A stretch of DNA of 53,468 nt from an uncultured Planctomycetia bacterium (GCA_964372395.1 CAYJQV010000007.1:1-53468), one strand, 5' to 3'; numbered from the stretch's first letter, positions 44,918 through 52,659 are shown. Numbers and translations are program-made. The notes: generated from the letters alone by a model not told the origin.

Positions 44918-45820
44918 GTGAAGCCGCTGCCGCGCGGGATGGTGCAGGAACGGGCGCACGTCCTTCTCCACCGGAGGATCGCGGCGGACCACCATCTGCT
45001 CAGAATCCACTCCCCCCGGGCCGCGCGGCGGGCCGAGCCGGGGCAGTTCATCCACATCCTCTGCGGGGAGAGTGGACCGGGCACAGCGGGCCGGGGACAG
45101 TCCCCCTCGGGTACAGCCCCCTTTTTGAGGAGGCCCCTCTCGCTGTTTGATGCCGATCCGGTTCGGGGGTTCATCGAGGTGATCTACAAGGTGGTCGGAT
45201 TGGGAACGGCCTCCCTGGCGCGGGTTCCGGTCGGCGCACGGGTCGATTTCCTCGGGCCCCTGGGAAGGCCCTTCCTCCCCCCCGAAGGAGGAGAGACGCT
45301 TTTCCTCGTGGGGGGAGGGGTCGGGATTCCTCCGCTGTACTTTCTGGCTAAAAAGCTGAAGGGGTCTGATCCCTTGAAAAGGGGTCAGACCCCCGTTGGG
45401 CTCGAGGTCTTTCTGGGGGCGCGGACCAGGGGCTGGGTGATCTGCGCCTCCGCCTTCTCGCGGCTCGGGATTCGGGTCGGCGTGGCGACCGATGACGGCT
45501 CGTGGGGGTGGCGCGGCAGCGTGGTGGATCTCCTTCGCAGGCGCCTGCGGGCGAGGGGACGCAACGGTAGTGTGGCCCTCTGCGTCTGCGGGCCCACCCC
45601 CATGATGGCTGCGGCGGCGGCGCTGGCCAGGCAGGCGCGCATGCCGGCGCAGGTATCGCTGGAGGAGCGCATGGGCTGCGCCATGGGCTGCTGCATGGGA
45701 TGCGTGGTGGAGATGGCGACCCAGCCCAAAAACAGCCACGCCCGGTTCCAGCGGGTCTGCACGGAGGGCCCTGTGTTCGATGCGCGGGAGATTCTCTGGA
45801 GAAACCCTCGTGGGGTCTGA
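44918..45820 (+). CDS. pyrK: dihydroorotate dehydrogenase electron-transfer subunit
   Basis: GTG start. FAD/NAD-binding fold and the 2Fe-2S motif GCAMGCCMGCVV. The stop TGA lies in the centre of the first arm of E5. Carries E4. Confidence 0.88.
   Translation: MKPLPRGMVQERAHVLLHRRIAADHHLLRIHSPRAARRAEPGQFIHILCGESGPGTAGRGQSPSGTAPFLRRPLSLFDADPVRGFIEVIYKVVGLGTASLARVPVGARVDFLGPLGRPFLPPEGGETLFLVGGGVGIPPLYFLAKKLKGSDPLKRGQTPVGLEVFLGARTRGWVICASAFSRLGIRVGVATDDGSWGWRGSVVDLLRRRLRARGRNGSVALCVCGPTPMMAAAAALARQARMPAQVSLEERMGCAMGCCMGCVVEMATQPKNSHARFQRVCTEGPVFDAREILWRNPRGV
45361..45393 (+). repeat. palindromic element E4, in frame in pyrK
   Basis: GGGGTCTGATCCC-ttgaaaa-GGGGTCAGACCCC, translated K-GSDP-LKR-GQTP. 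Confidence 0.9.
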
Positions 45821-46808
45821 CCCCAAAAGGCCTTTAGGGGTCAGACCCCGTCAGGTTGATCTTTCAGTCCACCTGGGGAGGTTCCGGCTCCAGAACCCTA
45901 TCCTCGTCGCCTCCGGCACGTTCGGTTACGGAGAGGAGTACCATCGGCTCTACGACGTCAACATCCTGGGCGGGATCGTCACCAAGTCGATTTCCTTAAA
46001 GCCCCGGCCGGGCAACCCCGCCCCGCGCATCTACGAGACCCCTTCGGGGATGATCAACTCGATCGGCCTGCAGAATGTGGGGCTGGCAGCGTTCCTGAAG
46101 GAGAAGCTTTCCTTCCTCCGGCGGCTCAAGGGCCCGCGGGTCATCGTGAATCTGATCGGGGAGCGGGCATCGGAGTATGCGGAGCTGGCGCGCCGGCTGG
46201 AGGAGGCGGCCGGTGTGGATGCCCTGGAGCTCAACCTCTCCTGCCCGAACTGCGAGCGGGGCGGGATGGAGTTCGGCGTGGACCCGAAACTCACGGCGGA
46301 GGTGGTGGCCCGCGTGCGGAAGGTGACCCGCAAGATGCTGATCGCCAAGCTTTCGCCCAACGTGACCGACATGGTGCCGGTTGCGCGGGCAGCGGCAGAG
46401 GCCGGCGCCGACGCCCTGTCGCTCATCAACACGATCCTCGCGGTGGCGGTGGATCCGAACAGCTGGCGGCCCCGGATCGCCACGGTGACCGGCGGATTGA
46501 GCGGGCCGGCGGTGAAGCCGATCGCCCTTCGCATGGTCTGGCAGATCCACCGCGCGATTCCCCAGGTGCCGCTCATCGGAATCGGTGGTATCATGACCGC
46601 CGAGGACGTTGTGGAGTTCATGCTCTGCGGGGCCAGCGCCGTGCAGCTCGGCACAGTCAACTACGTCCATCCCAAGGCCCCGGTGGAGATCCTGGGGGCC
46701 TTAAGACGCTACCTTCAGAGGAAGAAGCTCTCCGGCCCGGCTGGGCTGGTCGGGAAGCTCAAGGCACCGCAGCGCTTGAGGGGCGTGCCGGCGGTGGTGG
46801 CGGGGTGA
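45810..46808 (+). CDS. pyrD: dihydroorotate dehydrogenase B catalytic subunit (start GTG 45810 preferred; ATG 45780 alternative)
   Basis: LQNPILVASGTFGYG, NSIGLQN and LNLSCPN motifs. GGAGA (45798-45802) lies 7 nt before GTG 45810. Confidence 0.9.
   Translation: MGSDPKRPLGVRPRQVDLSVHLGRFRLQNPILVASGTFGYGEEYHRLYDVNILGGIVTKSISLKPRPGNPAPRIYETPSGMINSIGLQNVGLAAFLKEKLSFLRRLKGPRVIVNLIGERASEYAELARRLEEAAGVDALELNLSCPNCERGGMEFGVDPKLTAEVVARVRKVTRKMLIAKLSPNVTDMVPVARAAAEAGADALSLINTILAVAVDPNSWRPRIATVTGGLSGPAVKPIALRMVWQIHRAIPQVPLIGIGGIMTAEDVVEFMLCGASAVQLGTVNYVHPKAPVEILGALRRYLQRKKLSGPAGLVGKLKAPQRLRGVPAVVAG
45812..45849 (+). repeat. palindromic element E5 at the pyrK/pyrD junction
   Basis: GGGGTCTGACCCC-aaaaggccttta-GGGGTCAGACCCC. 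Read as ..GV-stop in the pyrK frame and as GSDPKRPLGVRP in the pyrD frame. Confidence 0.9.
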
Positions 46809-47557
46809 CCGCCGCGGAGCGGCTCATCGTGGCGCTGGACGTCGAACGGCTGGAAGAGGCCGAACGGCTCGTCGGGCGGCTTGTCCCGCTGGGGGTGACC
46901 CACTTCAAGGTTGGGCTGGCGTTGTTCACCCAGGCCGGGCCTCGTGCGGTGGAATTGGTGCGCCGGGGCGGGGGAAAGGTATTCCTGGATCTCAAGTTCC
47001 ACGACATCCCCAACACGGTTGGGAAGGCCGTGGAGGCGGCAGCCCGGCTGGGCGTCTGGATGATGAATGTGCACATTCAGGGGGGAACCGCCATGATGCG
47101 GCGGGCCCTGGCGGCCAGGCAGGAGGTTCGCGTTCCGGAAGCAGCTCCTCTCCTGGTGGGGGTGACGATCCTGACCTCCATGGCGGATCGGGATCTGGCG
47201 GACTTGGGCCTGCGCAAGACCCTCAAGGACCAGGTCCTCTACCTGGCCAAGCTGGCCAAATCGGCCGGATTGGACGGGATCGTCGCCTCAGCCCAGGAGG
47301 CCAACGTGATCCGCTGGGCCTGTGGCGACGGATTCCTCATCGTTACTCCTGGAATCCGGCCCGGCGGGAAGGAAGCCGATCTGCTGACTGGAACGGGCGG
47401 GGCCGGCCGGCGATCCGATGACCAGCAGCGGACCGCCAACCCCCGGGAGGCGATCCGGGCGGGGGCGGATTATCTGGTGGTGGGCCGGCCGATCGTGGAG
47501 AGTCCCCAGCCGGAGCAGGTGGCGCGCGAGATCCTCGCGGAGATGGAGGAGCATTAG
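46805..47557 (+). CDS. pyrF: orotidine 5'-phosphate decarboxylase
   Basis: LIVALDV, FKVGLALF, FLDLKFHDIPNTV and VVGRPI motifs. Confidence 0.92.
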   Translation: MTAAERLIVALDVERLEEAERLVGRLVPLGVTHFKVGLALFTQAGPRAVELVRRGGGKVFLDLKFHDIPNTVGKAVEAAARLGVWMMNVHIQGGTAMMRRALAARQEVRVPEAAPLLVGVTILTSMADRDLADLGLRKTLKDQVLYLAKLAKSAGLDGIVASAQEANVIRWACGDGFLIVTPGIRPGGKEADLLTGTGGAGRRSDDQQRTANPREAIRAGADYLVVGRPIVESPQPEQVAREILAEMEEH

Positions 47558-47563
47558 TCCAGG

Positions 47564-48136
47564 ATGCGTCCCAGCGAGGTGATCCGCCTGTTCCGTGGAT
47601 GCCATGCGTGGCTGGAGGGGCACTTCGTCCTCTCCAGCGGGCTGCACAGCCACGAATACCTTCAGTGCGCCATCATCCAACAGTACCCCACCCTGATCAA
47701 CCGCCTCTGTCAGGCCCTGGCGGAACGTTTCATCGGGGATGAGGTCACCTGCGTCGCCTCCCCTGCCCTGGGAGGGATCATCGTCGGCTACGAGACGGCG
47801 CGCCACCTGGGTGCCCGTGCCATCTTCGCCGAGAGGCAGGACGGGGTGCTGAAGTTCCGGCGGGGATTCGAGGTCAACCCAAAGGACCGCGTTCTGATCA
47901 TTGAGGATGTGGTGACGACGGGCGGGTCGGTGGAGGAGCTGGTGGCCCTCATCCAGGACGCCGGGGCCACACTGATCGGCGTGGGCGCGCTGGTGGACCG
48001 GTCCGGCGGCTGGGTCTCCTTTGACGTCCGCTACCACGCACTCCTGAGCATCAACCTCAAGACCTTCCCGCCCTCGGACTGCCCCCTCTGCAAGGAGGGA
48101 GTCCCCTTAAGCAAGCCGGGCAGCCGGGGCCTTTAG
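47564..48136 (+). CDS. pyrE: orotate phosphoribosyltransferase
   Basis: GHFVLSSGLHSHEYL and the PRPP motif VLIIEDVVTTGGSV. Confidence 0.9.
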   Translation: MRPSEVIRLFRGCHAWLEGHFVLSSGLHSHEYLQCAIIQQYPTLINRLCQALAERFIGDEVTCVASPALGGIIVGYETARHLGARAIFAERQDGVLKFRRGFEVNPKDRVLIIEDVVTTGGSVEELVALIQDAGATLIGVGALVDRSGGWVSFDVRYHALLSINLKTFPPSDCPLCKEGVPLSKPGSRGL

Positions 48137-48543
48137 CCGGTTTTATGGTTTCCCGCCGGTAGCTCCTTCAGCAATTCCCGGACGTTCGCCTCAACCTCGT
48201 CCCGGATCCGGCGCACCGCCTCCAGCGGCTGATCCTTCGGATCGGGGATTTCCCATTGGATGAAGCGCCTCGTCCGCGCGACCGGACAGGCGTCTCCGCA
48301 GCCCATCCCCACCACGACGTCGAAGGTCCCTTCCGGAAACGCATCCAATCCCTTGGGCCGATTTCGACCGATCTCTAACCCCACCTCCCGCAGGACCTGC
48401 GCCACGATGGGATGCACAGAGGCGGCTGGGCGGGAACCGGCGCTATAGACTTCCAAACCCGCCGGCGCCCACCTCTTTGCAAACGCCTCCGCCATCTGAG
48501 ACCTTCCGGCATTCTCCACACAGACGAACAGTATCCGCAGCAT
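48133..48543 (-). CDS. arsC: arsenate reductase / low-molecular-weight phosphotyrosine phosphatase family
   Basis: ILFVCVENAGRSQMAEA (CX5R P-loop) and MGCGDACP. Converges on pyrE with a 4-nt overlap. Confidence 0.85.
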   Translation of the reverse strand: MLRILFVCVENAGRSQMAEAFAKRWAPAGLEVYSAGSRPAASVHPIVAQVLREVGLEIGRNRPKGLDAFPEGTFDVVVGMGCGDACPVARTRRFIQWEIPDPKDQPLEAVRRIRDEVEANVRELLKELPAGNHKTG

Positions 48544-48545
48544 CT

Positions 48546-49229
48546 CTAAGACGGGTGCTTGAATGACTGCTGCAAGCCGGAAATCCAGCCTACAACACAG
48601 TTTCTAACTCCCACGTTTCTTACATCAATGTGGAGCGTCCCGTAGGGCAATCGCCGCACAGGGCGTTTTCCATTGCTGCTTCGGCTGATCGCCCGTTGGG
48701 ATCGGTTGAAGTGTCGAAGCGGAATTCCCGTGGTGCGAGACCAAAATCTTTTGGCCTTCTGCTCCTGCACATGGGGATGGAGATGGATTCGAGCTGAGAT
48801 CCTTTTTGGAGGGACCCTACAGATTTCCCGGAAGAAACGCATCATGAGCTGAACCATCGCGGGGTCCGTGTTGCTGAAACGGAGGCTCCACCGGTTGGAT
48901 TTTGCACCCTCAGCCCAGTACAACGCAGCTCCTACGAGTTTCAGATCTCGGGGGCTCAGTGTTCGAATTTCGCTGGCCGCAGCCGTCACCGCTCGCTCCG
49001 ATCGCTCCCTCGCCTGCAGGACGCGCCATTTGTTGTAGCGGATAAGATCCTCGGACCACGGCAGCTGGTTCTTCGTCATGAGGTGTTTCCGGACCGCCCG
49101 AGACAGGCGGCAGTTCTTAAACCAGCTCGAAAGGGTACTCTTGGGGACGCCGAGGCAGCGATGGATCTCGTTGTAGCTGTTGCCTTGCCGACGGAGATCG
49201 ATGGCTAGAGCTTTGTCTGTCCCAGCCAT
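48546..49229 (-). CDS. HTH plus LAGLIDADG-like endonuclease-like protein
   Basis: N-terminal HTH GNSYNEIHRCLGVPKSTLSSWFKN and the LAGLIDADG-like motif LKLVGAALYWAEGAKS. Sampled line 48601-48660 is 52% GC, visibly lower than the flanks. Confidence 0.5.
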   Translation of the reverse strand: MAGTDKALAIDLRRQGNSYNEIHRCLGVPKSTLSSWFKNCRLSRAVRKHLMTKNQLPWSEDLIRYNKWRVLQARERSERAVTAAASEIRTLSPRDLKLVGAALYWAEGAKSNRWSLRFSNTDPAMVQLMMRFFREICRVPPKRISARIHLHPHVQEQKAKRFWSRTTGIPLRHFNRSQRAISRSSNGKRPVRRLPYGTLHIDVRNVGVRNCVVGWISGLQQSFKHPS

Positions 49230-49242
49230 TTTCCGGAGAAGA

Positions 49243-49319
49243 TGGTGCCGAGGGCCGGACTCGAACCGGCGACGCGCGGATTTTCAGTCCGCCGCTACTA
49301 CCAACTGAGCTACCTCGGC
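49243..49319 (-). tRNA. tRNA-Phe (anticodon GAA), CCA encoded
   Basis: Reverse complement is GCCGAGGTAGCTCAGTTGGTAGTAGCGGCGGACTGAAAATCCGCGCGTCGCCGGTTCGAGTCCGGCCCTCGGCACCA. Anticodon loop CTGAAAA. Confidence 0.92.
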
Positions 49320-49468
49320 GTACCTCATTCATTCTATCACTGGTTCTTGCGAAGGGTGTCTGCACTTCTTTCTGTATGGCCGCGTGCCGGATACGCCGCC
49401 AGTATAGGAGACGGAAGTCTACATGTCGATGGGGAGGGGAAGGGGTCACCCCGAGGTTCCTAAGGCTG

Positions 49469-51364
49469 TTACTTGGTGGCGGACTTGCAGACGAGGACCC
49501 GGCAGGGGGCGTTGCGGATCACGTATTCCGTGGTGGGGCCGAGCCACGCGGCGGCCCCCTTGCGGTAGGAGGTTCCCATGATGATGAGGTCGAAGTCCTT
49601 TTCCCTGCTCAGGTCCAGGATCGCCTCGCCCGCTGACCGGGCCTGGAGCAGGCGCGTGGAGACCGCCACGTCGAACTCCCGGCCGATCGCCTGAGCCCTC
49701 TTGAGCGCCGCGTCCGCTTCCGCCAGGCGGTCCGGGAGGAAGGTATCCAGCGGCAGGGCGGATGGAATCTCGATCACGTAGAGGGCGGTGACCTCAGCGG
49801 CGCGGGCCTTGGCCAGCTCGCACGCCATCTGCAGGTTCTCCGCGTAGCCGCCTCCCAGGGTCGGCACGAGGATGCTCCTGGTAACCAGGGTCTGGAATTC
49901 GGGAACCTGGACCCGCTCGATCTCGACGCTGGCTGTGGCCGCAATCTTCTGCTTCTTGCGGTAAGCCAGATAGGCGGCCAGCCCCAGGCCCATCCAGAGG
50001 AAGCCCAGGTTCCGCCCGGCCGGCTTGGTGATGACGACGTCCACCCACACACCGAAGGTCGCCAGCAGGCCGATGATGGCGGTGACGGGCAGCTTCTTCC
50101 CCGCGACGGCAAGGTTGAAGGGGATCCTGAATGGCCGCTCCAGATCCGGCTTGCGCACCCGAAGCCCCAGCAGAGAGAGGTGAGCAAGCGCGAAGGCCAG
50201 CATGGCGCCGAAGTTGTAGAGATCGGCAATAAAGGTCAAGCGCCTGGCGATAAGAACAACCAGCCCAGCCAGGGCGGCGAAGAGCGCCAGCGAGATGTAC
50301 GGCGTCCGGAACTTGGGATGAAGGCGGTAGAAGAGCCGAGGGAGTTGGTAGTACTCTCCCATGGCAAACGTCAGGCGGGAGGCGCCCACCAGCCCGGCGT
50401 TGGCGGCGACGAACAGGATGGTCGCACCCAGGATGCCTATCCAGGGGGCCAGGAAACCGCTGCCCACAGGAAGGGCCGCGGCGATCCCGGCCAAAGGGTC
50501 TTGCAGGTATTCGGTGGCCAGGACCTTCGGATGCATGGCGGAGAGGGCGATCGTGGAGATGCCGAAGTACATGACGAACAGCGCTAGCATAGTGAAGAGC
50601 GTAGCCTTGGGCAGAGTCCTGCCTGCATTCCGGGCTTCTCCCCCCAGCTGGGCGATCGACTCAATGCCGATGTAGGCCACCATGGCCATGGAGACCCCTT
50701 TCCAGAACTGGGGCCACGTGGGGGACCAGTCCACATTTGGGACGCCGATCTTCATGAACTCGATCAGGTGCGGGATGTTCAGCAGGAATAGACCGCCGAT
50801 CACGATGATGGTCAACTGGGTGGCGATGTCGAAGACGCACAAGAGCAGCGAGATCCGAGTGGATTCCTTAATCCCAAATATGTTGATGGCCAGCAGGATC
50901 CCCAGGATGCCGAGGGTGAACGGGATGTTCGCCAGGCCTTCTTTCAGGACCGGGAAAAAGTAGGAGAGGTACGGCCCCACGGTGAAGGCGGAGATAGCGA
51001 TCGTCACAATGTAGTCCAGCAGCAGGGCCCAGCCGGCGATGAAAGAGACGAGGTCATTGAAGGCGTGGCGGGCAAAGCTGGCGGAGCCGCCCGCCTCCGG
51101 CAGGGCGGAAGCCATCTCCGCGTAGGTCAGCGTGGTGCAGAAGAAGGCGATCCCCGCCAGCGCCAGGGCGAGGGGGGTGGCCCCCAACGCGTACAGCGCG
51201 GTGACGCCCAGCGCGTAGTAAATGGAGGAGCCGACGTCGCTGTAGCCGAGCGCAAAAAGGTCGCGGACCCTCAGGACACGCAGCAGCCCGCCCCGCTCCA
51301 TCTGGACGATGTGGTGCGGCCTTTGGGTCTCGTCTGAAAGGTCAAATTCCCGTTCGTTCGCCAT
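49469..51364 (-). CDS. APC-family amino acid permease fused to a C-terminal universal stress protein domain
   Basis: About 12 TM segments (GYSDVGSSIYYALG..). C-terminal USP with ILVPTLGG...ALYVIE and FDLIIMGT...G.TTEYVIRNAPCRVLV. Start at the second ATG (MANEREF), preceded by AGAGGGA. Confidence 0.85.
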   Translation of the reverse strand: MANEREFDLSDETQRPHHIVQMERGGLLRVLRVRDLFALGYSDVGSSIYYALGVTALYALGATPLALALAGIAFFCTTLTYAEMASALPEAGGSASFARHAFNDLVSFIAGWALLLDYIVTIAISAFTVGPYLSYFFPVLKEGLANIPFTLGILGILLAINIFGIKESTRISLLLCVFDIATQLTIIVIGGLFLLNIPHLIEFMKIGVPNVDWSPTWPQFWKGVSMAMVAYIGIESIAQLGGEARNAGRTLPKATLFTMLALFVMYFGISTIALSAMHPKVLATEYLQDPLAGIAAALPVGSGFLAPWIGILGATILFVAANAGLVGASRLTFAMGEYYQLPRLFYRLHPKFRTPYISLALFAALAGLVVLIARRLTFIADLYNFGAMLAFALAHLSLLGLRVRKPDLERPFRIPFNLAVAGKKLPVTAIIGLLATFGVWVDVVITKPAGRNLGFLWMGLGLAAYLAYRKKQKIAATASVEIERVQVPEFQTLVTRSILVPTLGGGYAENLQMACELAKARAAEVTALYVIEIPSALPLDTFLPDRLAEADAALKRAQAIGREFDVAVSTRLLQARSAGEAILDLSREKDFDLIIMGTSYRKGAAAWLGPTTEYVIRNAPCRVLVCKSATK

Positions 51365-51447
51365 GGATCCCTCTAAAATGCGCAAACCCCCCGGAGAGGT
51401 GCCTCCGGAGGGCCACCAAACTGCAAGCCGGTTTCAAAACCGGCTCT

Positions 51448-51476
51448 ATATTAGGACGACGGAACAGCCACGTCAA
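51448..51476 (-). promoter_or_regulatory. putative promoter of the permease gene
   Basis: On the minus strand: TTGACG, a 17-nt spacer, TAATAT. Downstream is an 80-nt leader with hairpins CCGGTTTTGAAACCGG and CCGGAGGCACCTCTCCGG. Confidence 0.45.
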
Positions 51477-51876
51477 GAACGGCAGATTCACTGTCAGGTT
51501 CACAATGCCCGTTTGTGGGAGACATGTTGTTGTCATCGCCCGGGGGCGGGGCGGCAGGAGGTGAACGGTGAGCGAGTTCAACCCAAGGCGTATCGGTGCA
51601 AACCCGGAGGCTGTCCGTGCCTTGGCAATTCAATGCCGCCCGGCAAGGGGGAAACCTCTCGGCGTCAAAGATCCGGAGAATCCCATCGGACTTCCCGGGT
51701 GTCTTTCCGGGGACGGCCCCGGCCATCGGGCAAATCCATCGACTCCTCCTGCGGTTGGGGGAGCCCACAGGGGAGTGCTCGCAGCACAATGTATCCTGAG
51801 CGGGTTATGCGTGAAGTCCATTGATGAGACCGGCTCGAGTAAATTAGAGCATCGGGAACCTGATCGGGGCGCGCAA

Positions 51877-51889
51877 AGTCCAGAGAGGC
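51877..51889 (+). promoter_or_regulatory. orphan PyrR-box-like motif AGTCCAGAGAGGC
   Basis: Exact match to the PyrR binding core (A/G)GUCCAGAGAGG(C/U), flanked by CGCGC...GCGCG. No pyr gene lies downstream. Confidence 0.3.
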
Positions 51890-52004
51890 AGGTGCCGCGC
51901 GGGATGTCAGCAGGGCGTTAGTGGAGCAAGCAGCCGGGGCGTCTGACGTTTTCGCAACTCATTGCTGGATAAACGGGGCCGACGGGACGACTTCGGAGCT
52001 CCCC

Positions 52005-52036
52005 TTGACATTAGAGTTGTCTCTAAGGTGTATACT
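52005..52036 (+). promoter_or_regulatory. MerR-type promoter with long spacer and operator palindrome
   Basis: TTGACA (52005-52010), a 20-nt spacer containing TTAGAG-ttgt-CTCTAA, then TATACT (52031-52036). Confidence 0.65.
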
Positions 52037-52057
52037 CCCTGGTGGAAGGAGAAAAAG

Positions 52058-52531
52058 GTGGCTGGAATACCGGTAGGTCAGATTGCCCGAAGGGCTCAGG
52101 TTGATGCCTGGACGGTGCGGTTCTATGAGAAGGAGCATCTGCTGCCTAAAGCCAGGCGAAGCAGCTCCGGCTACCGGCTCTATGAGCCGGAGGTCGCAGA
52201 CCGGATCCGGTTCATCAAGAAGGCGCAGCATCTGGGCTTGAGCCTCAAGGAGATCCGGGAGATCCTGCAGCTTTCCGATCAGGGGCGGTGTCCCTGCGGG
52301 CATGTGGAGCAGGCCTTAAGAAGCAAGGTCAGGGAGCTTCGCGCCAAGATTGAGGATCTGAAAACTGTGGAGGCTCGCATCCTTGAGGTGCTTCGGTCGC
52401 CGGTTCGAAAACCGTCGGCCGGCAAGGGTGCCATCTGCCAGAGGATTGAGCAGCACCAGGGCCCAAGCTGTTGTCCCTCAGGGTCGCAGCAGGTCCAATG
52501 GGTCAAAGAAGACAGGAGGAGAGCAAAATGA
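52058..52531 (+). CDS. MerR-family metal-responsive transcriptional regulator
   Basis: GTG start after GGAGA. HTH is IPVGQIARRAQVDAWTVRFYEKEHLLP..R...GYRLY, followed by a coiled coil and the CPCGH metal motif. Confidence 0.85.
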   Translation: MAGIPVGQIARRAQVDAWTVRFYEKEHLLPKARRSSSGYRLYEPEVADRIRFIKKAQHLGLSLKEIREILQLSDQGRCPCGHVEQALRSKVRELRAKIEDLKTVEARILEVLRSPVRKPSAGKGAICQRIEQHQGPSCCPSGSQQVQWVKEDRRRAK

Positions 52532-52659
52532 GAAAGTGGATCGCCATGCTGACGCTTGCCGTATTGCTGGGCGGGACGGTCGGGTACGTCGTTTACGCGA
52601 AGGCCTGTGATATGAACGGCGGCAAGTGCTGTGGCCAGTGTTCTCGGGAGAAAAAGTAA
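52528..52659 (+). CDS. 43-aa membrane-anchored Cys-rich peptide
   Basis: MRKWIAMLTLAVLLGGTVGYVVYAKACDMNGGKCCGQCSREKK. AGGAGGAG RBS. ATGA overlap with the merR-like stop. Confidence 0.5.
   Translation: MRKWIAMLTLAVLLGGTVGYVVYAKACDMNGGKCCGQCSREKK

Noticed and set aside
40304-45849. Possible CRISPR array or classical REP cluster formed by the GGGGTCWGACCCC repeats.
   Set aside because: Arms occur only in inverted pairs, with 7-25 nt spacers. The pairs are separated by kilobases of conserved coding sequence. There is no regular repeat-spacer periodicity and there are no cas genes.
49442-49452. GGGGTCACCCC, which resembles a shortened arm of the hairpin element.
   Set aside because: It is a single copy without a partner arm and is 2 nt shorter than the arm. 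It cannot be distinguished from chance GC-rich sequence.
51850-51862. THI-box-like GGGAACCTGATC, suggesting a TPP riboswitch.
   Set aside because: The P2/P3 and CUGAGA...ACCC core cannot be aligned convincingly, and no thiamine gene lies downstream. I left it as part of the unassigned-region finding rather than calling it.
51874-51900. RNase P RNA P4-like signature AAAGTCC...GGCAGGTGCC.
   Set aside because: Only about 130 nt remain before the well-supported merR promoter. The other universally conserved RNase P segments (GGTAAGGGTGAAA, ACAGAA-CCGGCTTA) were not found on either strand.
51900-51945. SRP-RNA-like GGAGCAAGCAGCC / GGGATGTCAGCAGG motifs, and a CCACCA at 51412 suggestive of tmRNA.
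   Set aside because: No GGAA/GNRA tetraloop helix-8 pairing could be drawn. No T-arm or tag reading frame lies adjacent to the CCACCA, and the motifs are in the wrong order.
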